From NCBI GenBank assembly GCA_040954595.2, contig CM082585.2, positions 9,722,564 through 9,786,563 of the forward strand: DNA of 64,000 bases, in the 5' to 3' direction. Origin of the DNA: Balanoglossus misakiensis (lineage: Eukaryota > Animalia > Hemichordata). Position 1 is the first letter of the stretch, and the number at the start of each line of letters is the position of its first letter. Below, piece after piece: positions 37,507 through 51,300 of the stretch. The translations under genes and the position numbers were made by a program. The notes beneath the pieces were generated by a model. The model ran no database searches. It was not told where the DNA came from and saw nothing but the letters and a program-made list of their open reading frames with translations.

Positions 37507-40500
37507 TTTTCTCTAAGGTCTATGATATGAAGTAAAGCTATATAGAAACACTGGAATGCTGCAATGACTCTTCACATAGGTATATCAGCAGCCCCCGTTG
37601 CCCCGATGGACCTTGTCAAATTTTAAGAGTAAATGTAAAAAAAGTGTTACTGTTTCCAAGAATGCGAAAGCCAATAATGGTGATCCGATGAAACGCAGAG
37701 ACGAACAATGCTGCAATCCCATTGAGTGGTCAGAGCAGCCGCCGCGCACATGTGACCCCAAAGGTGACACCCATTTAGCGCGCTTCATTGTGGGATAGCT
37801 TTTCCACGTGAGGACCGTCTCCACTTTATTTCCACGCAAATGCACTTCCTGTTTCAGAATGAAGTCCTTTTGTCTGGCGCTGGTGCAACCTGCCCGGCGC
37901 TTCTTCAATCCACATCCATGCATTACTCGTTTGCGCAGATGCAAAACCCGGGCATTGTTGGCCGACCTTCAGTGGCTGGCCTTTACAAAAGAGTCCTTTA
38001 CGAGTGACACGAGGGGATGAGTCGAAGATTGCACGGTGCGTCGTCTGAAATACGTAATGAGCTGACGCCTTGCTTGGTGTAAAATTCAAGGCAATACCAA
38101 GCGAGTATATATTCCACTGGATGTAGCCTGGCAGTGATGTTTCAAAATGTTCTGTCACGTTTTACCATTTTATCGCAAAATACCCCTGACATAGGGTAAT
38201 AACACGTGTTCACGAAATGTCCCCCCAAATGTGTGTATCCCTCGCTTTAATTCAACGTGTGGTGTCAGGGTCCAGGGAGTAAAATCCCTTGTACCAGAAA
38301 TCGTTATGGCATACATCAAAGATCTACGCTGCGACTTGTACATTTCAAACGCCATCCTTTGCTACAGAGGTCAGCAGGTCAACAGGTACACCCGCCACAA
38401 AACTGCACAAGCGCAGGAACTCGTTCTAAAATACTGCGCAGATCCATATGAATTGTGTTTGTTCATATATATCTTCGATTCTGGTTGATACCTTTTGAAA
38501 TTACGCCTATTTTGACATCAGAAGACTAAGTAAAAAAACAATATCAGCCCCTCTTCCGGTTATCCCAGCATGCATTACCTATTACGTCATAGGTTATGTT
38601 CAGTTCCGGTTCTAAAATGGCAGCCCGCATGTACAAACAAGTTCGTCGCCGTGTTACGTTTTACCTGCCGTGAGTGTTGTACAGGTATTTACAAAGTTTA
38701 ACTTATGAAGAACTAAGGAGTTTATGCGAAGACGAACATGTCAGCGCGACTGGAAACTAAGGATAGTCATTCGTGTGTGCTGTCATTACGGGTTTCTGCG
38801 TACGTGTGTGAAACTGAACGTCGCTTTCTGATACTTTCAAAGGTGCAAGCACAGGTGCAAGGTAGGCTGCTTCCGACGCGCTAGCGCTCGCCAGAGGAGA
38901 AGACAATGGTAGTGCCGTTCGCGAGTGATTCGCGCAAGAACAGGGGAATTGTGCAATGCTTCGCAAGATTGTACAAATGCAGGTAAGTCGTCCCTTTTTT
39001 TTATGATTTAAGTAGTAAAATTTTTGCGGGCAAAGTCAAAAGTTGCAGACCGTGACGATGTCAAAGATTTTGATTTTAGTTAGCTTTCTTGAAATCCTCA
39101 ACCTTTCAGCCCCTCGGGTGCCTAGTCTGTTGTGCCGGCGACAATCGTTCTCTGAAATTTAGTCAATTTTCCGTCTATTTGAACAGTTTTGATCAATGTT
39201 GGAATAAATGGAACAATATGAAGTGCAAATAGACCAAAGGAGATCAGCTGTGTTAATGATGACAAACTAAAGGGCACAAGAACAAAGACTTGTAAAGTTC
39301 ATACAATATTGTGTGACATGATGTCGATATATCCTTTGGAACCCCCTAGCTTTTTGTTGTCTTGCACTCAACAAAGGTTTGTGTCTTTCACAATCGCTTT
39401 GCCACTGTCTCCGTCTCTTTCTCTGCAACGGTCATGTTTCATGATGATACCCCTCGTGCAGCTCAGTTTCCCTCTCTGTCTCTTTGAATCTGTCTCCCGG
39501 TCTCGATCTCGAGAAAATCCCCATAAGCAAACTAAAAACCGATTGTAAGCGGACAAACGATAATATGAAGTTTTGTGGTAAACTATTGCGTCGCTTCAGT
39601 GATATAGTTCGTAGTAAAACTCGCTATATATAATGTGCAGGTGATCTGTATATAGGTGAACTTTAGGTTCCAGAGTAATACTAGGGCTAGGTTTGTACTA
39701 TGGGTAGCATGCTGCTGCATTGTACACGTGGAACGGGAAAGAAAACCCACTTTTCCATCAGTTGAATAAAATTCTGGAAGGATCAGAGCATTAAAGGCAG
39801 AAAATCCAATCAGAACACAAGCCCGACGATCATTACTGGGCTGCGGTACAATCGTGACTGCGGGCAGCAAAACGCTGGCCTTTCAGCGTTTGAATTCAAA
39901 AAGACAACTTCCGCGGTTTATATTGAAACGTCAACGTCAAAACGAAACGCGAAAAAATCGATGCGCATACAGCTGATGTGAGTGAGGAGAAAAAACTTTA
40001 ATCGAGCTTTAAAACGGGTCAACTAGGGGGTCCTCACCTACACGATTTATTTCCAATGTACTCGGGCAATCTTGCAAAACATGGAACTCCGTTATTATTT
40101 AACGATTTTACACTTCTTGAGTTGTCTCACCTGCTCGACCACTTACAGCGCTGTCTGTCGATCGGCGTCAGCGCAAAGAAAGACAACTCCGGCGGATCAA
40201 AATATATTTGAAATCCAATACTTCGGCCTATTTAACATGTATCATCACAAGTCTGTCTCAGTCGTTATTTGTCGATTTGGAACGAAAGTTAGATAAATAA
40301 GTTCAAACAGGAACGTGTCAACTGTCGTGTCATTCTTGCGAGTCACGTGACCCTTCATTTTTCACTTCTCTCTGGCAAGGATGTCTGATTTTACAATATG
40401 TATAATGGCGTTCATTACCCGTTCGGACGATTCGCATATATTTGGCTATGCTTGTCAGCATAACGCACTGGAAATTGCCAAATTATACTTCTTTAAATGT

Positions 40501-41142
40501 CGACCTAACTATGTATTTCAAAGTTTGATATGTATATTGGCAACCAATCTACAGATTTCGGAAGAATTTGTCGGGTGTTTCCGGAAGTGGAGGTTTCACT
40601 TTTGGAATCGAGCAATGATGAGAATAATTGATTTTAGATTTTTTTTCTTGATCTAATTACTCTCTGTGAAGTGGAAATCACGAGATGAATCACGCGTTGG
40701 TGCTTGAAAACCGGCGTTCTCTATAATTCAACCTGAGCGTTTCATCACCTTGAGACAAGAACGGAGCTTCCGGTGCTGTTCATACACTGTGTCCGATCGA
40801 TGAACCAATCCCGAGGCGTGGAAACATAATCAAGTGAAATTACAATGTGCGTGTTATATGTGTGGCCCGTCATATTGAAATGTGTCGATCTATATGTGTT
40901 CTCGGGGCACGTTGACAAACATTGATTTGTCTTGAATTATATACCGTGACACCGCGGGTATTGCTGACCGGCCTGCGATAAGACGGGAATGTTGCAGGTA
41001 GCAACGGTAAAACTGGAGGAAAATAATGGTAATTCAATTGTAGACTCTATTCCGTTGAACTCGTGTTGAAGCCGAAAGGGCGTGCATTGATCATGACTAG
41101 AAATGAGTATTCTATTTGTATTGTACTCCTGCTACCGCGCTG

Positions 41143-41143
<1 letters not shown>

Positions 41144-41212
<69 letters not shown>
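41144..41212 (+). repeat. (GAT)n microsatellite
   Basis: Read directly; it lies just beyond the likely FAM124 poly(A) region (minus-strand AATAAA near 41273 and 41293). Confidence 0.95.
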
Positions 41213-42170
41213 AGTCATGATGGCAGTGGTGGTCACATTTTGTTTTGAAAGTACCACAAACACCTCTTCCATTTATTTACAAAAATAATATTTTATTACG
41301 TATAAATAAACAGATGAAAAAGAAACATTCGGCAGACGTGAAAAAGTAACATACATTTGTATAACACAGCAGCCTGCGCCAAACCATATAGCTGACGTTG
41401 AGGTCCCCCTCGTAATATAATACTGTAAAACGCATCGTCTTAGAAAGCATGCTTTTTCAGCTGATTTAGCTAGGGGTGAATTAGCTCATTTAATATGCCA
41501 CTAATTTTGAGATTTTTTGAGACACGTCCACCTATTTAATTTTATCTCGACGTTAATCCAGCGTCGTTGTCAATCGGCAATGTATCAAAATAATAATAAC
41601 TTACCCAATGAAAGATTTAATCAACGTAATATATTTTCCATAGATAGCTATAGCACATCCTACATTTATATCACGATATATCACTACATCAATGTACTCA
41701 TTTTGAAGGTTTGAATTTGTATGACAGGGCAAATAATTGGCTTTTTCAAGGGACGGAGTTATAGGTAATATTTGACAGGACGGGTAACTAAAGTCTATTC
41801 TATAGCATTTGAATCATAACGTTTAACATAGATTATTATATTTGGCAGAGATGTGTTCACGATTGATTGTCTGTTTGGTAAATCTTTTTTACCAGTTGTG
41901 GTTGGGGGTTACACTGTGACGTAGTATCACGAGACTGTTCACGGCCAAGTTGTTTGAATATTACGTAGGCCTAACAGCCCTGGACATGATTTGATCAGTA
42001 TGACAGCTAGACAAATTTGAATTTTCTACCGCAGAATTGTATGACTGTCACGGAATTACTTGGAAAGAACTTACAGTCCACACGATACTTTTTTATTGGC
42101 TCGTATCTATTAACATCTTCATCTATCTGTGCTGATTGCCACTAGCACTTGGGCAAACCGTCAGCCTCGT

Positions 42171-45100
42171 TCACACGTACCATCCTGGATGGTGCTGAAA
42201 ACTTCTAACCGGCGTCGGAATTTCTATCCTTGGACGAGGTTTTGATGATTGCATCTTATTTGAGCGGCGCCCTTGCTTGGTGAGCTGCAACAACACCTTG
42301 TTGCCGTCATAGTCCGTCGTCTGCCAGCGCCGCTTGCTGATCGGCGAACACACGTTCGGCAGAAGCGGCACGAGGCTGCCCACTTCTTTCACTTTGAATT
42401 GCAAGATGGCCGAATCCAGCGTCCTGAGGTGCGTGTCGCCTGGCAACCTTTTCAGGGCCAATTGCACGTCTAAATTCGGCTGAGAGTACACTATGAAATA
42501 ACAGAAGTCACTCTTTCTCTCCTCCGGCGGCTTGCCGAGAATCAGACGATAAAATTCGGTCATATCGTTCCAATTTGTCTCACTGCAGAAAATCTGGAAT
42601 CTGAGGTGTTCTTTCCCGTAGTGTACCTGCCGCACGCCCCAGAGCGGCAACCCCTCCGAATAGTAATAGAAGTCCTGCTGATTTGGCGGGCACAGTGAAT
42701 ATTTACCGTCTGGCGTAATACTGTGGTGGAACTTCCACGGTCGTTTCCCCAAATACTGCTGAGCGATGCTAACCCTGTCAATCAAAATCTCCTCCTGGAG
42801 AAACAACAGTATGGCCATAGAGGGCGTACTTTGCGAGGCGTCCCCGTTGGTCAGTTTGTGGTAAGCAACGCCGTTCGGCTCAGTCCTTTCCACGATGTTG
42901 AACAGTTTGAATTCTGGATCAAACCACTCCAGGAGAGGGTGCAGCATGTCTCTCAGTTTCACAGCCTCTCCGGGATCCGATATAAAATGGACGCTGACGA
43001 TGAAAGGGTCGCCGTGCTCCCCCTCGAAAGAATCATCACCTTTAAACAAAAGGGCACAGTGATCAAAGTGTTAGCTTCTAAACCCACCATCGTTTCCTAC
43101 TTTCAACCTACAAGATCAATTACATTCTATTCAGGTCGAACATTGTTCAGGGTCGTCGTTTCTTTTGTTTCTACCTACACAAATAGGCAAGTCAATTTCC
43201 ATTATGTTTTACACATAACTGTTTGTTCACGTTGCCTCTCAATCGTTGCAAATTTGAAATGATTGACACGCGTGATCTCCAATTTCCTTTCAAAAGCGAA
43301 CAAGCGCCGCAATTAATTTACTCATAATTGTAAAAAAAAATTCAAAGAAAGTATATGGCACATATTCAATGATTGAATCGGCATTGACGATTTCAATGAA
43401 TGTAATTCCACAGAAAAACATCTCTTGAATGCGTCCAAATTGTATGATAAACGTTCTGGCAAATATCATTGTAACGAAAGACCAGAAGACATACTGGTAT
43501 ATTCCAAGTCAAGAGGTAATTCACGGTGATTACTTCGCGCAGCCTTGAAAAACAGACCTATGACCTACGTAGCCCGATATACGATAGCTGTACATCAGAG
43601 TACGCACAGAGCGCCATCAATGATAAAATTTCCGCGTATTTAATTTCATAAATAGATGCTGTAGCTATATTAAACTGCACATACCGGAAATCTATATTTA
43701 ATATGAAATGCTCTAGCGGCTATCTAAACCGACTCGACATGGTTGATATAGAAACGATATTTTTGTGAACAATACCGAAATTATGTTCCAGATAATGCCA
43801 TTTTAAATCAAACCGGCACTTACTTGATGTCGAAGCCATACTGCCCAGAGGATCGATCGGTAACCTGAAAAAGAAATCAGATATTTGTTAAACGCCATGG
43901 AAACCAGCAAGATAGTTATCATTTCTAGCGCGGTGCGCGCTCAGATAAAAAGCAGCCAAGGCTGGCTATAATCGTCCATTGTGCAACTTACCTTGGACCT
44001 GAACGTTTTTTCTATAGGCCCTATTTGTCGGCTCTAGATTTTAACACCGCTCGCCGCGCCATTTGGGAGTTTATGAGGCCAGTGTCGATTTGAATCAACC
44101 TCGTCACACAACCGCTAGCCGACAATAGGTAAGATGTCAGCCGTGCTGAATGACGTCACGCACTGTTTACCTTTATATTACGAGTCGACTCTACGCCCAT
44201 GTTGACTCATTAATTTCGCAATCTAATGCGCACGCGTGAGACACATATCGATGATGAGCATACATTGCTTGCAGTATATTATATAACACGGATGATATTT
44301 ACCTGTGATTCGATCTATTTTTGGGTGGGGAACACGTATAAACGAGATGCCGTTCAAATTGATTTGACGGCGTTGTTGAATACTAGCCTACTCAGGCTAC
44401 TGTAAACTTGCAATGAAGAAAACGGTCCTTCCCGTCGTTTTGGGAAACAGCGGTAAAATATGTCAGAAAAAAAAACATCGTAATATATCTAAATGATTAA
44501 AAGGGGTTTCGACAGGAAGCTCTGACTTTCTTATAAATTGCTGCATTTGTTGTTTTCCCCTTTTTGTGCAACCAATTTGCAGAAATTGTCGCCTCAACGG
44601 GCATAATAACCTCAACGCTATAAAACGACCAGCCCAACAAACTGTATGTATTCTTTGTTGTCCGTCCAAATTGAAGTGACGCGTCTTGACGCATAGCGGC
44701 TTCCTCGGCATTGTGCGGCTATTTGTCGCGCGCCCGCCTCTTCATTGTTTGTTTGTTTATTTATTGCTTTGTTTGCCCTGTCGCCGTTTTGTGCCTTTAT
44801 TTGTTTACGGCTCAACAGGATCAAAACAATTTGCGTTCCGGTTGCTGATCTAAGTAAACAGCTGACCCCAAATACTATGTCGATCAAGGTACAATGTCAG
44901 TGAAGCGAGATTCTACTTTCCCATACGCCCCTTCCCACCGAACCTGACGACAAACACCTTGATATTGGGTTAATAGGCCAGGTTTGTGTCAACAATTTCA
45001 TAAATCTTACGATCCTACTATCATTATCAACGGATTTTGAGTTCAATACCCACAGCAGGCCTTGATGCGCAGTGCCATTGAGCAAAGCCCGTTATTTCTC

Positions 45101-48100
45101 TTTGCCGTACTACTAGTATACCCCACCGTGCATAGGATGGCAGACAGAAACTTTCTATTCCAATTTCAATGAGGGGTCGAGAGGTGTTGGTGCATAATAA
45201 AACGAGACCGTGAAAGTTGGCGTGTGAAACCGTCACAGAGGAAGTCCTTTTTTCCCGTTGACAAATCATGATTTTCCCCATACATATCTGGGAATAATGG
45301 GTTTCCTGTCAATATTTTTATCAGCAATTTCTTTCATACCGCCGATATAACAAAATCTACGATGAACTTTATCTTATAATATATAGAAATATAAGTTTCT
45401 ATTGGTTCCATGGCGATGTTACGCCCTATCAAAACTATAAGCTGAAATGCGCTGAGTCTGAAACTTATTAATTAGTATGAAAGATTTCCATTTAAAATGC
45501 TCAGAATGGATTAAAACCATCTTTACCTGTACCATCGAATGTCCACTACGACCTTATTGCGACGAATTTTCAACATATACGCCATGGTATAAGCCTACGC
45601 TTGTTTTAGGATCTGTCCGTCTTTGTCAACACAGGTTCGGTGATGGTTGATCAGTATAACGAGAATGAAGTGAAAATGCTTCACAGATAATATCGAAAAA
45701 AGTAGTGATTTTGACTTCCCAGGTTAATTTTATTAATTCAGAAAAATGATTGATTCTCTGTATTTAATCTAATTTTGCACCGTGTCTTCTTAATTAAGTA
45801 TCGACCAGAGTGTCAGAAGAGCAATACCAGTTGTAAATTGCTAAATGGGTTATTGACCCATTCGTACAGTGCATGCGCACAACACCACCGCATGGTGTTT
45901 CGCATTTTTACAGAAATTATCACATTGTGAGATTCTGTGCCTAAACTCTCTCAGCTGTTACAGCGCCACCTACAGTTTAGCAAACCCACCCTCGATATTA
46001 CACTGTTGTTGTTTATTTGTTTGTTTATTTCTTTGATTTGTTTGTTGTGTGTTAATGTCTTTAGTGGTGAAGTGGGATTACCAGGCCAAGCACATCCCCT
46101 CGTCTCAGACTCTTACAAGGTCAAGCAGGGTCACATACCAAAGGACGTGTCGATTTCTCTCACATAACATTACTTTGTGTGTCTGTTGCACGTGGTAACG
46201 TGTATACGTGTTATGCACATCTTTAATTAAGCGTTTGATTCGATCGGCGCCGTCTGTAGGTACATGAGACGTGCCCACGGCAAGCAACGCAGCAAAAATC
46301 CCGGTGTATCGCCACTCAGACAAATACATGAAGTAACACAGCTCTTTGTGAGGAGAGAGATCTTTTAGAAGACTTGTCAGTGCGTATAGAGAAAAATCTT
46401 AGCATCAGTTTTCGACTCTTTGCTCGTGTATTACGGCCTACCACACCAAACCCTTTTAGCTCCTATTGTACTTCTGTGATAGTATTGCCTAAGAGAACCG
46501 GCGTGGGTTAACCGTTATGTCGTTGTATTTCTTTGTTTCCATAAACTGCTTCAAATCCTACACAAAGAAAGCCCAACGAAGCAAAAGTCGTCTTTGCCAA
46601 ATTCTAATTGAATGTGTCTTTAGTTAATCCACAAACAACGTGAAGATTTGTGCTTTCAATGCGGAAATTCCACGTTATACATATACGTAGAGATAAACTT
46701 TCCTGAGACAATGAATGTGTACAATACACAGTGTACAGAATGACAGGGCACGGTACGGCACGACCCAGTACAGTGCAGTATAGTACAGTTCTGTACTGTA
46801 CTGTACTGTACTGTACTGTACTGTACTGTACTGTACTGTACTGTACTGTACTGTACTGTACTGTACTGTACTGTACTGTACTGTACTGTACTGTACTGTA
46901 CTGTACTGTACTGTACTGTACTGTACTGTACTGTACTGTACAGCACAGTGGGATTTGTACATGAAACCTGTTTCTTGGTTGGCGTCTTGAGCTCAACCCT
47001 GTCCACCCCTCCCATAACATGATCATGTCGTTTTCTGTCTGACTGTATCTGTTGTTTACATAACGCGTCGATCACCTGTTATCAGCTCAACTGGTGATAA
47101 TGACCAAATTTGACACTGGTCCAACAGCGGTGGTGACAATGGACACGGCATCATTACCGTTAGATAAACAATAGCCCTGCAAAGTGGGCTTCAAACTTGT
47201 TTGTAACACCCAGTGTTTGAACAGACCAGAGCTTTAAATAGAAAAGCTTTGAGCGTTTTTATTGTGTCCTTCAAGTCGATGCGGCCAAATCTTAGCGAAG
47301 AACATTTGAAAATGCAGACCAAGAAAACTGGTGTAACGAAATTATGCGTGTTATGCTGCAGAACATTTTGAATTGTCCCCCAATGTGTGTATTTGTGCTG
47401 TGGGTTGTACAGATAGTATCCGATATGGCGTTGTAGACCAGGTCATGTGAGCGCAGTTTTTCAAGCTTTACAATCTACATCGTCTTTTTTGTGCCTCAGC
47501 GAATCAGATGGACTACAATCGGTCGATAGTGATCTTGAATGGCCCGAAAGACCTTGAATTTTTTAACCAGGTCTATTCTTGCTGTTAGCTTTTTTTCTTA
47601 TTGTCTCGAGGTTTACCGGAGCGTGGTCATTGTTGACAAATGCCAGAATTGTGAGACTAGCTTTCGCGTTTTAATAAAGACAACTTCGGTGGCAGTGAAA
47701 GTGTCGACATGACAGTGATTGACGCGCATACACCTTTATATTGCGTTTTCCCTGATTTTTTTCATGTCGGTCATTTGTACTTACTTCTTTTGGGATTTAC
47801 TAGCTGGCAAATAAAATATATTCGTGCTATTGACTGGAATATTTGCCGAGTCCGACGAGGTCGCGTCACCTCGACGTACATCACACTGCCCTGTTGCGTG
47901 ATGTTCGTGACAATGCTTACGATTTCCACCGGTTGTGTTTTAGGTGAGCACACAAACTCTCGTGTTTGACGTGAATATTAATAAGGGTGGGCATTGGAGA
48001 GGTAACTATGGATACGGCTGGTTTGTGATATAAGCCAGCTTTACCATGTCAACAAAGCGAATGTTGGCTGAAGTTAAATGGTCGAATACATGTAGGCCTG

Positions 48101-48324
48101 CATCGTACCCCGGAATGACGGTTGGGGATTGATACAGGCCATCATCGACCAAAGAAAGACCGATGAATTTCACGGTCTTCTGATCATAAGCGTCAACCGC
48201 TTTGCTTATTAAAACTTGACAAGTATTCATCTTATGTGGCCCACAGATCAAAATTGTTGACTAACCAATCAAAGCTGAGCACTCGCGGGTCCAGCTTCGG
48301 TTCTGACTCCGTGTCCGAATCCAT
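42171..48324 (-). CDS. FAM124A: FAM124 family protein (FAM124A-like), ~322 aa
   Basis: The large exon 43039-42171 encodes DPFIVSVHFISDPG..LLEWFDP..FNIVER..AILLFLQEE..PWKFHH..NQQDFY..LPLWGVRQVHYGKEHLR..FYRLIL..LQFKVKEVGSLVPLLPNVCSPIS..RWQTTDYDGNKVLLQ, the FAM124 signature. A phase-compatible 41-nt exon lies at 43864-43824 (LPIDPLGSMASTS). The candidate first exon 48324-48266 (MDSDTESEPKLDPRVLSFDW, GTTAGT donor) is less certain than the core. Confidence 0.88.
46791..46940 (+). repeat. (CTGTA)n pentanucleotide microsatellite, about 30 units
   Basis: Perfect tandem CTGTA run with a degenerate left flank (cagtacagtgcagtatagtacag). Confidence 0.97.
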
Positions 48325-51300
48325 GGCGTTCTTCTCCTCGGCGCCGCCAGATTTCAGCAACAGGTGGGTGAGAGAGAACGGCCGGCGTTTCCCCTGCAGG
48401 ACGTCCAGATTTGTGGCTGTCGTGTACGTGTGCGTCAGGGGCGTCGGAAAGGCTTGCGCGGCGAGTCCAAGCAAGCCACCGGGTTGCAATGTGCGAGGAA
48501 ACAAGTTGCCAGGACGGATAAATAGACGGCTTTTGGAGTCCCACACCATAGGAGTGGTGACGGAGACTGTAATGTGTTTTCTTTACAAGACCCCGTTCAT
48601 AGACCAATACAAACAACGCGCTTTGTGAACGAGGCGGGGGCTTTTGTAGACTCGTAAATTTGTTCCAACGGGTTACAATGATTCATTCAACAGTTACTCA
48701 ATAGAAACTGGATGAATACCGCACACACGAAAAGCCGGCAACTATGACGTTATTTGCAATACAGCCAGTCCGTTTTCCACCTTTCCAATTTTATTATTCT
48801 TGCACGTATTGTGTTATTTTTCTTCAATTTATTCACACCACATGTGGAAGTCATTTCAACGTCTAAATATGACAATGTTTTGTTAAATTTTAACAGAAAC
48901 TGTCAGCAGACGATAAAAAGTGACAAAAAATAACGCCGGCGGTGGATGGAAATTACAATTGCTCTCAAGTGCCTTATCCGACTCGCCAATGCGTTGTCGT
49001 GTTTTCTTTTCTTTCTGTGGACAAACGCGATATTGACTCGTCTACACCTCATCGATAATTCTTGTTCGTGTGGCGTTGTTGCTAAGCGACTGTTGTCCAC
49101 GGAAGCGACGGAGCGCGAAAGGGGGGTAATTCTGCGAAGTGACCTAACTACACTTGAAGAACCAGGCTTTAGAAACTGGCCAAGTGCTGAAACGGCGGTG
49201 ATTGGGGATATGGGTCACACGTCATCATTATTTTGCGATTTGTCCTCTTAAAATTGAAAAGATCGTACTTGCTGTTCTTAACTGCCCATTTGTGTCACAC
49301 GGATTGAAAATTAAAACTCAAGTGCCTTGGGATAGGCCGTTTAACTTCTCAGGGCTGACTAAAACTAAACGATTCGGAACAGTTTGAAAACATTCTTTTT
49401 TCACTCTGTTCATATGCGGCTTTTTCGGCGGCGGTTCGCTTGTACGCTTTGACAACTGCAAAACTGTATTGGAGGCGTGAGATGCATGCGTAAATGATAG
49501 ATAGATAGCTAGCTATAGGGTTCCGATGATGCTATAGACATGGACACTGTTATTGGATGTTCTCAATCAACAAGACATAGGCTTGAATTTGTACCGATTA
49601 AATGACAACTTTAATTCAGATTGATCACTTTATAATGAAATCGCCCTGAGCTCACCTAAGCATTCATTCCATCGCCAGACATTTCGGCGCCGGTGGTGAT
49701 CCAATGCATGCATCTACCGGTTGTGGTGGGCGCGACCTTCCCATGCACGGAGTTTTCGATCGGCAAAATAAGCAAAGCACTTTTTAATGAGGCGTCCACG
49801 GGGTCTATAAATGTTAATCGGGGTCTACGCATCATTTATCTGTAAATGGCACCTGGCAATATAACTTTATTCGCTGTGTATACGACATGTAGTATTGTCA
49901 CGGAAAGGAACAAAGCACGCCCGCTAACTTGTGAATGGCGAATGTCGAAGGAGAGTATCTTGTGGGCAGACGACAACCGGTCGTGTGATCGGTTGAAAGT
50001 CATCTTTGCGGTGCTGTTATTCTGCGTTATACCGCGTCGCAGATTGCTGTTTTACATCTTTATAATTTCACAAATGTAAACATTTGTCCTGCAAAGGAGT
50101 TTTTCCATCGCGTGTACGGGTGGGCGCACCCTCGACGGTACGCCGTCGTTTACAACCTCGCTGTTGGGATATTTTACTGCGTGTTTTGGACCCGTTGATG
50201 CGCGGACGGAGTATTGAAATTCGGCCGCGCATGCAAGAAAGACCCACAATGATGCGATCAATCAAGCATAAAACTCGATTGGAATGGCTTTACAATCCCG
50301 TTATTCACTTGACTGAAGAGAGTGCTCCCCGCTAAGAGCAAACCGAGACGAGATGTTTTTCACAAGTTGTCTCCGACGGATGCCAAAGGGTAATAGGGGT
50401 TACAAACCCCGCTTCCAGTGCTACTCTTCATGTCGGGTGGGGAGGTGGATTAAACTTTTTCTCCAGGCGAACACTTTAAGTTCGTTCAAACAGCTGCATT
50501 TTGTCATCAGGTTTATTCAGCTTTGTATTAGAAACAGTTCAATTCCAGAAAGACAACTCGTTTGCATTTGAACGCGTGTAGAATACAGAGCCATGTCTGT
50601 GATAGTAGTCTACAATGTGTTGTCGACCTTTTACCCAGAATGCAATTATTATAATGTGATCTGACCCCCTAGCACGGAGTCAAAACCGAAGGAAACTTTG
50701 ATACGCTACGTAGACATTGCACATGCGAGTCCCTGTCATTGGTTTTATGGGTGTAAAGGCTATAGCCAGGGACGTCCATTGAAACAGAAAAGATACTGTT
50801 CACATTAATGTTTGTGGCGTCATAAGAGTTCCTTTTCTTAGAGCGTTATTGCCTCGAGTTTGTACCGTAAAATCCCACAATGACGCAATGCCCTTAGCTA
50901 GTGCTATTGCATTGTTCTCTGGGTCTTTGAAAAACGTTTTATTCCCTGTACTCTGTGTATGGAATAAACAGCAATGCATGTCGTCTCGTAAGGGATGTTT
51001 TGAATGCTTAATATTGACTTGGAAATGACCGCGCCTGTTTTGATGAAAGAGTTCACTTCGAAGCAGAGTACATTGTGTATCTGTAACTGTTGTGCTGGGA
51101 TTGGTCCGTTAAACTTTATACTTATCCCAATTCTTTAGGTTGTTTAAGTCATAAAAGTTTATTGGGGGTCGATAGGTGCAAATTCCCATGGAGTAACGGT
51201 GAGGTTGTCTATATTCAAGGTTGCCATTGATTCAAGTATAGTATTTTCTGGTAAGATTTGACTAGGGTTGTCCGTCTGCAAGGGAAGTGCGCCACCAAGG

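Noticed and set aside
37585-38488. Cluster of 60-120-aa ORFs that might be a decayed transposase or pseudogene
   Set aside because: No DDE, reverse-transcriptase or other motifs were recognised, and the frames do not join into a coherent protein.
42273-43262. Plus-strand ORFs antisense to FAM124 (also 57312-57782 antisense to CEP19 and 31091-31462 antisense to the NR2E exon)
   Set aside because: Antisense shadows of real coding exons with no independent coding signal.
46604-47075. ORFs with (STVQY)n or (TVLYC)n repeats; possible repetitive protein or CRISPR-like array
   Set aside because: They come from a pure CTGTA microsatellite that is open in several frames and has no spacers.
48006-48251. 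81-aa minus-strand ORF following the FAM124 first-exon candidate
   Set aside because: It lies just inside the predicted intron and has no recognisable homology or splice support.
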